Shown piece after piece: positions 9,821 through 18,568 of a DNA stretch of 25,979 bases. A program made the position numbers and the translations under genes. Source of the DNA: Chitinophagaceae bacterium. GTDB lineage: Bacteria; Bacteroidota; Bacteroidia; NS11-12g; UBA955. The stretch's first letter is position 1, and every line of letters begins with the position of its first letter. A model generated the notes under the pieces. The model ran no database searches. It had not been told where the DNA came from and saw only the letters and a list, made by a program, of their open reading frames with translations. Location of the stretch: the NCBI GenBank assembly GCA_046074245.1, contig JBJTNS010000329.1, positions 1 through 25,979 of the forward strand, given 5' to 3'.

Positions 9821-9911
9821 ACACCCTGACAGGGTGTTTGAAAGTAAAATAATTATTTGGAGGTTTTTTTAACTTTTCACCCTGACAGGGTGTTTTGAAA
9901 TAAAATAATTA
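9821..9911. repeat. Two direct copies of a palindromic REP-like unit CACCCTGACAGGGTG + TT(T)TGAAA(G)TAAAATAATTA
   Basis: Copies at 9821-9855 and 9878-9911, offset 56 nt, each starting with the perfect palindrome CACCCTG-A-CAGGGTG; located between convergent genes. Confidence 0.85.
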
Positions 9912-9918
9912 CCACAAC

Positions 9919-9952
9919 AAAAAAGCGCATTCATTTTGAACGCGCTTTTTTT
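9919..9952. terminator. Bidirectional intrinsic terminator between the protease gene and dapA
   Basis: AAAAAAGCGC-A-TTCA-TTT-TGAA-C-GCGC-TTTTTTT: a stem with an A-tract on the left and a T-tract on the right. Confidence 0.85.
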
Positions 9953-9970
9953 ATTGATTAAGATTAACTT

Positions 9971-10867
9971 TTATCTGGCTGCACTTTGTTTCATGCAGTT
10001 TAACAACGCATTTTTAACGCTGTCGCTAACGTCGTGCAAAGGCATTCTGACAGTAGTGCCACAAATGCCCATTGCTTCAAGAATTACTTTAATGCCTCCC
10101 GGACTGCCGTCGGCAAAAATGAGGTTCATAGCATCCAGCAACTGATTGTGAAGAGGCAGAGCAGCTTTGGTATCGCCATTGAGTCCAAATCTTACCATAT
10201 CGCTGAAAGTTTTAGGATAAGCATTGGCAATTACACTGATAACACCATCCATACCCAGAGCCAGGAAAGGATGAGTGAGAGCATCGTCACCACTGATGAC
10301 AGCAAAGTTAGCGGGGCGGTTTTTCAGAATATCCATGCATTGTGTAAAGTTACCACTAGCTTCTTTCGTGCCCAGAATATTGGGGTGTTCAGCCAGTTTT
10401 AAAGTAGTTTCAGTACTTACATTGCTACCGGTTCTGCCAGGCACATTGTAAAGAATGATAGGCAGTGGAGCTGCATCAGCCAGGTAGGTGTAATGTTTTA
10501 AGATACCTTGCTGATTAGGCTTGTTGTAATAAGGGGAAACACTAAGGATAGCAGAGATGCCATCAATGTCCTGGTGTTTCATGGCATCAGCCACTTCGAG
10601 TGTATGACTACCACCGATACCTAAGACCAGAGGTAATCTGCCATTATTTTCAGTTCTGATGGTTTCGAGAATACTTTGTTTTTCCTGTTTAGAGATGGTA
10701 GGACTCTCGCCGGTAGTTCCAAGAATCACCAGATAATCGACACCATTATCAATCTGATGTTTCACTAGTTTTTTCAATCCTTCGAAATCTATACTTGAAT
10801 CTTTGTTGAAGGGAGTAACAAGTGCAACACCTGTTCCGCGTAGTTGTTGTGAAGTTGCGTGAGCCAT
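9971..10867 (-). CDS. dapA: 4-hydroxy-tetrahydrodipicolinate synthase
   Basis: ALVTPF, GTTGES, SPYYNKP, ILYNVPGRTG, Schiff-base Lys in GTKEAS, SGDD. Confidence 0.97.
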   Translation of the reverse strand: MAHATSQQLRGTGVALVTPFNKDSSIDFEGLKKLVKHQIDNGVDYLVILGTTGESPTISKQEKQSILETIRTENNGRLPLVLGIGGSHTLEVADAMKHQDIDGISAILSVSPYYNKPNQQGILKHYTYLADAAPLPIILYNVPGRTGSNVSTETTLKLAEHPNILGTKEASGNFTQCMDILKNRPANFAVISGDDALTHPFLALGMDGVISVIANAYPKTFSDMVRFGLNGDTKAALPLHNQLLDAMNLIFADGSPGGIKVILEAMGICGTTVRMPLHDVSDSVKNALLNCMKQSAAR

Positions 10868-10872
10868 AATTT

Positions 10873-11391
10873 TTATTGTATTTTTCTAAGTGATCTTCCA
10901 ATTTCTATCAGATAGTTTTCGCATGGATCTGCACCATTTGGTTTAACCAGAAACTCATAGAAATGGGTATCATCATTTTCGAGGTAGGGGCCGATTCTAA
11001 ATTTAGCTTTAGAAAAAACGGCGATAGTTTTCAGGTAGTCGTTATTGTTTAGACAGCCATTAATTAACAAGTCAAACGGGGTTTCTAAGAGTAATTTAAG
11101 TTCTTTAGATTTCGGAGCTGTAAAGAAGTTGAAATCTCCTTTGCAGCATAGTCGATAGATCTCGTTGGGCTGCATATCCGGTCCCAGTTTTTTTATCGGA
11201 TAATAGGTAAGGAACACGATATCTTTGCCGCTTTTACGAAGCTCATGTCCGAAGGTTTTAAGTTCTTCTATTTCTTGTTTGGCTTGAGAACTGTCCCAGA
11301 TGATCAGCACAGATTTGATGGCATCAAAGGGTAAAGCTGAACGGTTAATTTTCAGCTGACGGGATTTCTTTATCAGTGCTTTTGAGTTCAA
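10873..11391 (-). CDS. Conserved Bacteroidota hypothetical protein upstream of dapA (possibly DUF6913-like); TTG start
   Basis: 172-aa ORF ending 5 nt before dapA; FDLLING...SKAKFRIG resembles Bacteroidota hypotheticals. The DUF name is recalled, not verified. Confidence 0.7.
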   Translation of the reverse strand: MNSKALIKKSRQLKINRSALPFDAIKSVLIIWDSSQAKQEIEELKTFGHELRKSGKDIVFLTYYPIKKLGPDMQPNEIYRLCCKGDFNFFTAPKSKELKLLLETPFDLLINGCLNNNDYLKTIAVFSKAKFRIGPYLENDDTHFYEFLVKPNGADPCENYLIEIGRSLRKIQ

Positions 11392-11407
11392 TTGAAGTAA
11401 TTGGATT

Positions 11408-11415
11408 CAAAAGTA
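11408..11415 (-). promoter_or_regulatory. -7 promoter box (TACTTTTG) for the hypothetical-dapA operon
   Basis: Perfect TAnnTTTG, 16 nt before the TTG start. Confidence 0.65.
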
Positions 11416-11489
11416 ATTAATTAAGTGCTAAGTTAAAAGGGCAATTTTGAATAAGGTAGAACAGGTGCTTTTAAAAACACATAACCTGA

Positions 11490-12401
11490 TTACACCCACC
11501 AGACGCTGCCTTCTACGGCTAATTCTGTATTGGTAAAAACTTCGCGGGCTTCATCCAGCAATGGTTGAAGGTTGTCGTATCTTGACGAAAAATGTCCGAT
11601 AATTAATTGTCCGGCATTGGTCATACTAGCGATTGTTGCTGCTTGTTCGGCAGTGCTATGGAAATACATATTCGCTCTGTCTTCAAGGTTTTTCATGTAG
11701 GTAGATTCGTGATATAACAGGTTAACATCCTTAAAATAGGAAGCAATCTGCTTGTCAAAAATAGTATCCGAACAATATGCGTACGAGCGAGGTGAGCCTG
11801 CCGCCTCAGTCAGGATATCGTTTGATATAACTTCACCTGCTTCGTTGATATAGTCGGAGCCAGCTTTAATGCTTTTATAAGCTTCTACCGGAATATTATG
11901 TGATGCAGCAATTTCAGGAAGAAGTCGTCTTTGTTTAGGTGCTTCTTTGATTAAGAAACCAGTGCAGTGTATGCGGTGTTTCAGAGGGAAGGAGCTTAGT
12001 TCAAAATCATCATTAGAGAGGATATGTTCGGGGTGATTGCCATTTGTAGGGATAAAATTCAGATCAAATTTAAGCGACATGCCACCGTGAAGAATCTGCA
12101 GATCGAGAATATCTTTCAGGCCTGGCGGACCAATAATATTCAGCAATTGCTGTCGTCCCATCAAACTCATCGTAGAGATCAGACCAATTAAACCGAAGTA
12201 ATGATCGCCGTGGAGGTGGCTGATACAAATATAATCAACCCCCGTATGTCTGACGCCGTATTTAAGTAACTGCATCTGGGTACCTTCACCGCAATCGATG
12301 AGGATTTTTGCACTTCCGATTTTAAGGAGTTGTGCACTGGGGTTTCGTTCTCTGGTTGGAGTGGCGCTTCCTGAGCCTAAAATGTATAATTCCGGATTCA
12401 A
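11490..12401 (-). CDS. rnz: Ribonuclease Z
   Basis: ILGSGSATPT..RNPS, LIDCGEGTQ, SHLHGDH, YCSDT, LYHESTY, HST, LIIGHFSSRY. Confidence 0.96.
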   Translation of the reverse strand: MNPELYILGSGSATPTRERNPSAQLLKIGSAKILIDCGEGTQMQLLKYGVRHTGVDYICISHLHGDHYFGLIGLISTMSLMGRQQLLNIIGPPGLKDILDLQILHGGMSLKFDLNFIPTNGNHPEHILSNDDFELSSFPLKHRIHCTGFLIKEAPKQRRLLPEIAASHNIPVEAYKSIKAGSDYINEAGEVISNDILTEAAGSPRSYAYCSDTIFDKQIASYFKDVNLLYHESTYMKNLEDRANMYFHSTAEQAATIASMTNAGQLIIGHFSSRYDNLQPLLDEAREVFTNTELAVEGSVWWV

Positions 12402-12457
12402 ACTATTCTGCTACGATATTACAAATAATTCAGGTGTTGCCCCCAAAAAGATTTACG

Positions 12458-12465
12458 TATTTTTG
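12458..12465 (+). promoter_or_regulatory. -7 promoter box (TATTTTTG) for the SDR gene
   Basis: Perfect TAnnTTTG, 10 nt before ATG 12476, which supports that start. Confidence 0.7.
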
Positions 12466-12475
12466 CAGGAATTTT

Positions 12476-13240
12476 ATGAAACAAAAGTTTGCGTTTATTA
12501 CCGGAGCAACTGCGGGTATCGGACAAGCCTGTGCAAGATTGCTGGCAAAGCAGGGGTACAACCTGATTATCTGTGGAAGAAGACAAGATCGCCTGAATGA
12601 ACTACAGCAGGCCTTGAGCAAAGAATTTAATATTGAATGTATAGCTTTATCATTTGATATCAGAAAACTTGAAGAAGTGCAAGCGGCCATTAGTTCGCTT
12701 AGTGATGCGCACAAACAGGTGGATGTACTGATCAACAATGCTGGTCTGGCAATGGGTTTATCTTCTTTTGAAGATGGCGATTTCAGACACTGGGATACCA
12801 TGATAGATACCAATATCAAGGGCTTATTATATGTATCCAGAACATTGGTGCCTCATATGATAGCAGGTGGCGGCGGACATATTGTTAATGTCGGCAGTAT
12901 TGCAGGAAAAGAAGTATATGCCAACGGTAATGTGTATTGCGCTACTAAGCATGCTGTAGATGCACTGAACAGAAGCATGAGAATGGATTTAAGCAAATTC
13001 CCTGTAAAAGTATCAGCCATTCATCCCGGAGCCGTGGAAACAGAGTTTTCTATCGTTCGTTTTGAAGGAGATACTGAACGCGCCAGAAAAGTATACGAAG
13101 GATTCGAGAATCTGGTAGCTGATGATATTGCAGAAGGTGTTTGGTTTATGATTAACAGACCGCCACATGTTAATATCAACGAGATGACCATTATGCCTAC
13201 AGCACAGCCAATGGCCGGTGTTATTCACAGAAAATCTTAA
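12476..13240 (+). CDS. Short-chain dehydrogenase/reductase, YdfG-like NAD(P)-dependent oxidoreductase (true start 12476, not 12332)
   Basis: TGATAGIG, LINNAG, NVGS, YCATK, IHPGAVETEFS. The 48-codon extension in the ORF track overlaps rnz and lies upstream of the promoter box. Confidence 0.93.
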   Translation: MKQKFAFITGATAGIGQACARLLAKQGYNLIICGRRQDRLNELQQALSKEFNIECIALSFDIRKLEEVQAAISSLSDAHKQVDVLINNAGLAMGLSSFEDGDFRHWDTMIDTNIKGLLYVSRTLVPHMIAGGGGHIVNVGSIAGKEVYANGNVYCATKHAVDALNRSMRMDLSKFPVKVSAIHPGAVETEFSIVRFEGDTERARKVYEGFENLVADDIAEGVWFMINRPPHVNINEMTIMPTAQPMAGVIHRKS

Positions 13241-13251
13241 TTCCGTAACTT

Positions 13252-14145
13252 ATCAGATATTTAGTTCATATTGCGCTCTTCCTGGTATCCTTCATTTATG
13301 CCATCACATTCAGTCTGGCTAAAGATGTCATGCCAGAATATATCAGAGGCTTTGGTTTCATCGTTTTAAGAGTAAGCGGAGCAACTATACTATTTGGCAT
13401 AGCTTCCTTATTTGCAAAAAATGAAAAGGTCAACTGGAAATTGCATGGTCCGCGTATCTTATTGTGCAGCGTACTTGGTGTAATGGCCAATATGCTGATG
13501 TTTTTCAAAGGACTTGAAATTACCACGCCTATCAATGGAGCAGTATTAATGCTGGCGACACCCATTTTTGTGCTTGTGTTAAACAGCATCATAAACAAAC
13601 AGGCCATATTAATTTCTCAGTTTGCGGGGATTATACTGGCATGTATCGGTTGTATATTTTTAATGTCAGGCAGGGGTTTTTCTTTTAATGCGACCACGAT
13701 GCCTGGCGACATACTGGTGCTGATCAATGCCATATTTTATGCAGGCTACCTGGTTTTTGCCAAAGAGTTATTTAACCATTATCATACCCTGACAGTGTCT
13801 AAGTATACCTTTTTATTTGGAGCAATTCTGGTTATTCCTTTCGGATGGGGCGAATTGCGGGAAGCCAGATTTGAGGCAATGGATGCAGAAATCATTGCTA
13901 AAATACTCTTTGTAATAGTCTTTACCACCTTTGTAACCTATCTGTTAAATGCCTGGGCGATACTAAAGGCGGGACCTACTCTGGTGGGAGCCTACATCTA
14001 TCTGCAGCCCATATTAGCAGCCATTATAGCGATACTACTTAAAAAAGATGAACTCAATATGCAGAAAATATTGGCAATATTGCTCATTTTTGCAGGAGTT
14101 TTCATTACCTCAACAAAAACCAAATGGTACAAATCAAAAGCATGA
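13252..14145 (+). CDS. EamA/DMT-family transporter; 5' end uncertain (conserved coding frame begins about 13252, first ATG only at 13330)
   Basis: About 10 hydrophobic segments and the pattern (RYLVHIALFLVSFIYAITFSLAKDV)MPEYIRGFGFIVLRV...GPTLVGAYIYLQPILA. Confidence 0.85.
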   Translation: MRYLVHIALFLVSFIYAITFSLAKDVMPEYIRGFGFIVLRVSGATILFGIASLFAKNEKVNWKLHGPRILLCSVLGVMANMLMFFKGLEITTPINGAVLMLATPIFVLVLNSIINKQAILISQFAGIILACIGCIFLMSGRGFSFNATTMPGDILVLINAIFYAGYLVFAKELFNHYHTLTVSKYTFLFGAILVIPFGWGELREARFEAMDAEIIAKILFVIVFTTFVTYLLNAWAILKAGPTLVGAYIYLQPILAAIIAILLKKDELNMQKILAILLIFAGVFITSTKTKWYKSKA

Positions 14146-15008
14146 CAGGTTTTGGATCCGGAGAAGTCGATAACGACATCTGGAATCTGAAAACCGAAAT
14201 CAAATCACTTAACAACAAGTTTCTGGAATTAAACGTCAGAATGCCAAAGTCGTTTAAAGATAAAGAAATTGAGTTAAGACAATTACTGGGTGCAAAAATC
14301 CAGAGGGGGTCTGTATCAGTGTCTATCGTTGCAGAGCGCAAAGACAATACCGGAGTCAATGATAACCTCAATGTCAATTTGCCTTTGGCTAAGTCGTATT
14401 ACGATAAACTGAATCAGTTGTCAAAAGATTTAGGCATGGAAACGCCTAATTTGCTAAATACCATCATCGCTTTTCCGGATGTAGTTAAATACGAAGAAAA
14501 CGAAGTGTCTGAAGAAGACTGGCAATTAATTCTGACAACGGTAGAAACAGCATTCGAAAAATTTGATCAGTTCAGATTACAGGAAGGTAAAACCATTGGT
14601 AAGTATATCATAGAATGTGTTGATAAAATCAGAGAATATCTGAAGACTGTAGAGAAAGAAGAAGTGCCCCGTCGCGAAAGCATTAAAGGTAAATTACTTC
14701 AATCGCTGACAGATAACAAAGACGACATCAAAGTTGATGAAAACAGACTCGAGCAGGAGATTATTTTTTATTTAGAGAAATACGATATTGGCGAAGAGAA
14801 AAGCAGATTGCGTCACCACATCGATTTCTTTATAGAGTGTCTTGAAAAGGATGCTAATGGCAAAAAACTGAATTTCATTTCCCAGGAGATGGGCCGTGAA
14901 ATCAATACTCTTGGCAGCAAGGCCTATTATTTTCCAATTCAGCAGGCAGTGGTTCTGATGAAGGAAGAGCTCGAGAAAATCAAAGAACAGTTACTGAACG
15001 TCCTTTAA
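14124..15008 (+). CDS. yicC: YicC/YloC family endoribonuclease
   Basis: IKSMTGFG, EIKSLN.KFLE, DIGEEKSRLRHH, GKKLNFISQEMGREINTLGSK, KEELEKIKEQLLNV. Overlaps the EamA 3' end by 22 nt. Confidence 0.93.
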   Translation: MVQIKSMTGFGSGEVDNDIWNLKTEIKSLNNKFLELNVRMPKSFKDKEIELRQLLGAKIQRGSVSVSIVAERKDNTGVNDNLNVNLPLAKSYYDKLNQLSKDLGMETPNLLNTIIAFPDVVKYEENEVSEEDWQLILTTVETAFEKFDQFRLQEGKTIGKYIIECVDKIREYLKTVEKEEVPRRESIKGKLLQSLTDNKDDIKVDENRLEQEIIFYLEKYDIGEEKSRLRHHIDFFIECLEKDANGKKLNFISQEMGREINTLGSKAYYFPIQQAVVLMKEELEKIKEQLLNVL

Positions 15009-15013
15009 TATCA

Positions 15014-16657
15014 ATGACTGCTCCTAACGAGATCAACAACAGCAGCAAAACAGCTTTGAGACCTCTGCTGTATGCGCTGATGCTCGCAGCAGGTATTGGA
15101 ATAGGAATGTCTGTCAACCAGACTTCCAAGGATAAATTTTCTCAGATTTTTGATATCATCAGCAGAGATTATGTTGATAGTACAAGAACCGATGTGCTGG
15201 CAGAAAGCACGATTGAGTATTTACTCTCTCAGTTAGATCCTCATAGTTCTTACATTTCTCCTCAGTTTACAGAGATTAATGAACAGCAGATAAGGGGTAA
15301 CTACGAAGGTCTAGGCATAGAGTACATCTCATTCAGAGATACACCTTGTGTTTATAATGTCTATGCCGGCAGTCCGGCAGAAAAAGCTGGCATAAAGCCT
15401 GGCGACAGGTTGCTTATGGCCGGTAAGCTGAAATTAACCGATAGCTTAAGCTTTAAAGAAATCAGGAGTGCCATGACTGGCGAAGCAAAAAGCAGCATTG
15501 CCATCAAGGTATACAGAAGAAACACCAATTCTATTATAGATTTTAACATTAGTAGGGATAACATAGTTTTAAACAGCAGTGAAGTCTACTACATGGTGAA
15601 TTCAACTCTGGGATACATACAAATTGAACGCTTTAGTAATAATACCCATAAGCAGTTTGTTGCGGCTATGGAAGAGTTAAAGAAACAGGGAATGAAAGAC
15701 TTGCTGATTGATCTCCGGAATAACGGCGGTGGCTTGTTGTATGAGGCAGTGGCGATAGCCAACGAGTTTTTGCAGAAAGATGAAATTATCTCTTATACTT
15801 CTGGTTACCGTAGAAAGCGCCATGATTTTATAGCTGATGGGAACGGAACATTTAAAGATGGTAAACTGGTTTTACTAATTAATCACAATACAGCCTCTGC
15901 CAGCGAGATTCTGGCGGGAGCATTACAAGACAACGACAGAGCCATCATCATCGGCAACAGGTCGTTTGGAAAAGGTCTGGTGCAGGAACCTTTTAAATTA
16001 TCAGACGGATCGACATTAAGACTGACAATTGCACGCTATTACACACCAAGCGGAAGAAGCATTCAGAAGAGCTACGACAAGAATATTGAGAATTACAGGA
16101 ACGAAATTTTCAGAAGAGACATTTTGAAAGACACTTTAAATCCGGTATTGGATTCGAGTATCAAGAAAGAATTTTTCACAAAGAATGGCAGGTTACTCAC
16201 CAAAGGCGGTGGCATTCGTCCGGATATTACACTCAGGGATACCATTAATGACAGTACAGAGATTGAACAGTTGATGCCCGGCTTATTTTATTCGAGGATC
16301 TTTGATATTTACCTGATGGATTACATGGCAGGCGATATTGAAAAGGCCAGACAATTGTACAAAGATGTATATTCTTTTCAGGCACGTTACAGCATAGATA
16401 AGAAAGAGGTACTCAGATTCATTAAGGTTGCTTCAGCAATTCCTTATCTCCGTCAATTGAAATATTCTATAAAAACTGAAGATATTATAAAGAAACATTT
16501 GAAGGCTGCTATAGCATACAGATTGTATGGTGAGCGAGGAAAATCGCAGATCATTAATCGCGAGGAAGGCGTTTTCTCGAAAACTTTTGAGGTTTTAAAG
16601 AATTATAACCGCATTTTAAATATAGGGGTAAAGAAATCCCGTAGATTTGACTATTGA
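15014..16657 (+). CDS. S41 family C-terminal processing protease (CtpA/Prc-like)
   Basis: LDPHSSY, PDZ (GSPAEKAGI), LIDLRNNGGG, TASASEILAGALQD, SFGKGLVQ, ARYYTPSGRSIQ. Confidence 0.95.
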   Translation: MTAPNEINNSSKTALRPLLYALMLAAGIGIGMSVNQTSKDKFSQIFDIISRDYVDSTRTDVLAESTIEYLLSQLDPHSSYISPQFTEINEQQIRGNYEGLGIEYISFRDTPCVYNVYAGSPAEKAGIKPGDRLLMAGKLKLTDSLSFKEIRSAMTGEAKSSIAIKVYRRNTNSIIDFNISRDNIVLNSSEVYYMVNSTLGYIQIERFSNNTHKQFVAAMEELKKQGMKDLLIDLRNNGGGLLYEAVAIANEFLQKDEIISYTSGYRRKRHDFIADGNGTFKDGKLVLLINHNTASASEILAGALQDNDRAIIIGNRSFGKGLVQEPFKLSDGSTLRLTIARYYTPSGRSIQKSYDKNIENYRNEIFRRDILKDTLNPVLDSSIKKEFFTKNGRLLTKGGGIRPDITLRDTINDSTEIEQLMPGLFYSRIFDIYLMDYMAGDIEKARQLYKDVYSFQARYSIDKKEVLRFIKVASAIPYLRQLKYSIKTEDIIKKHLKAAIAYRLYGERGKSQIINREEGVFSKTFEVLKNYNRILNIGVKKSRRFDY

Positions 16658-16660
16658 TTC

Positions 16661-17989
16661 ATGTTTCAATCAGTAATTTCATTAATTCCAATGTTCGTAA
16701 GAATTTTATTTACCGTAGCCTTTGTGCTCATTTTCGATTTATATGCTTATCAGGCTGTCAAAACACTGACTGTTGATTTATCAACTGTGGTAAGGCGCAG
16801 CATACGCATTTCATTCTGGGTTCTCAGCATCAGTTTTTATATCATGGGTTTACTGGCCATGGGTGGTTATCTTGTGCATGCCAGCAGAACAATTTACGTT
16901 TTAGTGACAGGCTTGTTTTTCGCCATGTTTGTGGCGAAGATGTTAATGATGATTCCAATGCTCATGGAAGATATCTATCGCATAGGCGCTAAAATTGTAT
17001 CCTTTTTTCAGGCAAAGAAAGAAAGCGGAGCCTCAGAGAGTTTTCTGGTTAGCAGAAAAAGATTCATTTCACAGATCAGTGCCGGAATTGGTGGCTTAAC
17101 TTTTACGGGCCTGAGTTATGGTGTTATAAAAGGGGCACACGATTACAAAGTACACCGTGTTAATGTACCGATTGCCAATTTACCATCAGGATTTAAAGGA
17201 TTGAAAATCGGTCATCTCAGTGATATCCATTCAGGCAGTTTCTGGGACAAAGAAGCGGTAAAAAGAGGAGTTGCAAAGTTGATGAATGAAAAGCCGGATA
17301 TCATTTTTTTCACTGGAGATTTAGTCAATAGCTTATCCGACGAGATGAACGAAGATTACATTGCGATTTTCGGAAGTTTAAAGGCACCATTGGGTGTATT
17401 TAGCATTCTCGGAAATCATGATTACGGCGATTATCATCAGTGGCCAGACAAGACAAGTTTTGGAATGGGCAATAATATGCAGTCAGATAAATCGCATATG
17501 TCTCCAATGCAGGTAGCAAACCTGGAAAAGCTTAAAAGTATACATGCAGAGATGGGCTGGGATTTATTACTGAACGAGCACAGGATACTAAAAAGAGGAG
17601 AGGATAGCATTGCCTTAATAGGAGTTGAAAATTATGGTGCAAGGGGCAGATTTGCCAGATATGGTAAGCTGGATATGGCCTATGAAGGCACACAGAATTA
17701 CCCTGTTAAGATTTTACTGTCACATGATCCGAGTCACTGGGATTCGCAGGTGCGGACAGAGCAGTATAAAGACATTAATTTAACACTTTCCGGACATACT
17801 CACGGCGCTCAGTTTGGCATCGAGACAGCAGGGTTCAAATGGAGTCCGATTAAATACATGTATAAACAATGGGCAGGTATTTACAAAGAAAACAACCAGT
17901 ATTTGTATGTTAACAGAGGCTTTGGATATCTGGGCTATCCAGGTCGCTTAGGCATACGCCCGGAGATAGGCATTCTCACCCTGGCCTAG
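16661..17989 (+). CDS. Membrane-anchored calcineurin-like metallophosphoesterase (YkuE/YaeI-like)
   Basis: N-terminal TM helices; SDIH, GDLVN, GNHD, SHDP, GHTH metal motifs; YVNRGFG. Confidence 0.93.
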   Translation: MFQSVISLIPMFVRILFTVAFVLIFDLYAYQAVKTLTVDLSTVVRRSIRISFWVLSISFYIMGLLAMGGYLVHASRTIYVLVTGLFFAMFVAKMLMMIPMLMEDIYRIGAKIVSFFQAKKESGASESFLVSRKRFISQISAGIGGLTFTGLSYGVIKGAHDYKVHRVNVPIANLPSGFKGLKIGHLSDIHSGSFWDKEAVKRGVAKLMNEKPDIIFFTGDLVNSLSDEMNEDYIAIFGSLKAPLGVFSILGNHDYGDYHQWPDKTSFGMGNNMQSDKSHMSPMQVANLEKLKSIHAEMGWDLLLNEHRILKRGEDSIALIGVENYGARGRFARYGKLDMAYEGTQNYPVKILLSHDPSHWDSQVRTEQYKDINLTLSGHTHGAQFGIETAGFKWSPIKYMYKQWAGIYKENNQYLYVNRGFGYLGYPGRLGIRPEIGILTLA

Positions 17990-18128
17990 TTGAACATCTA
18001 TCTTAAATATTATTAAAGTAATCAAAAAACCAGTTGATTTACTTATAATTATAATTTAACAAAATGTTTTTATTTCCCAAATAAATGACTTTATTTGTGC
18101 CGTATTAATTTACTAATTAGTGTAATAA

Positions 18129-18530
18129 ATGGAAAGAAATAAAGTCGACCTTGCCTACATAATCGACGATGATGAGGTGATCATATACCTTACCGGACTC
18201 ATCAACAAAGATGTAGAGTTTTGTGATAGGATGGCTAGTTTTACAGATTCTGCCAATGCATTAAAAAGTATACAAACTGCCATAGAATCAAACTCTGATT
18301 TACCTTCACTGATATTAATAGATTTAAATATGCCTGTAATGAATGGCTGGATGTTTCTTGATGAATTATCTAAGTTAAAATTAGGCAAAGAGATTCCGGT
18401 ATTTATTTTCTCATCTTCCATCAATCAGGAGGATATCAACCGATCAAAAAAGTATAAGATTGTTAAAGACTATATCATTAAACCTCTTACAGTAAATAAA
18501 ATTAGTAAGATTTTAAGAACAATCAAGTAA
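18129..18530 (+). CDS. Stand-alone response regulator receiver (CheY-like)
   Basis: IIDDD acidic pocket, phosphoacceptor in IDLNMP, SSS, IIKPL; no output domain. Confidence 0.92.
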   Translation: MERNKVDLAYIIDDDEVIIYLTGLINKDVEFCDRMASFTDSANALKSIQTAIESNSDLPSLILIDLNMPVMNGWMFLDELSKLKLGKEIPVFIFSSSINQEDINRSKKYKIVKDYIIKPLTVNKISKILRTIK

Positions 18531-18568
18531 GTTGACAAAAAAGGTGTTTCATTTGCATACAGCATACG

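Noticed and set aside
12332-12475. 48-codon N-terminal extension of the SDR in the ORF track
   Set aside because: It overlaps the rnz start on the opposite strand and lies upstream of the -7 box at 12458; the SDR fold begins at ATG 12476.
17990-18128. Very AT-rich spacer before the two-component pair as a possible island boundary
   Set aside because: No integrase, tRNA, att-like repeat or mobile gene lies nearby; it is consistent with an ordinary promoter region.
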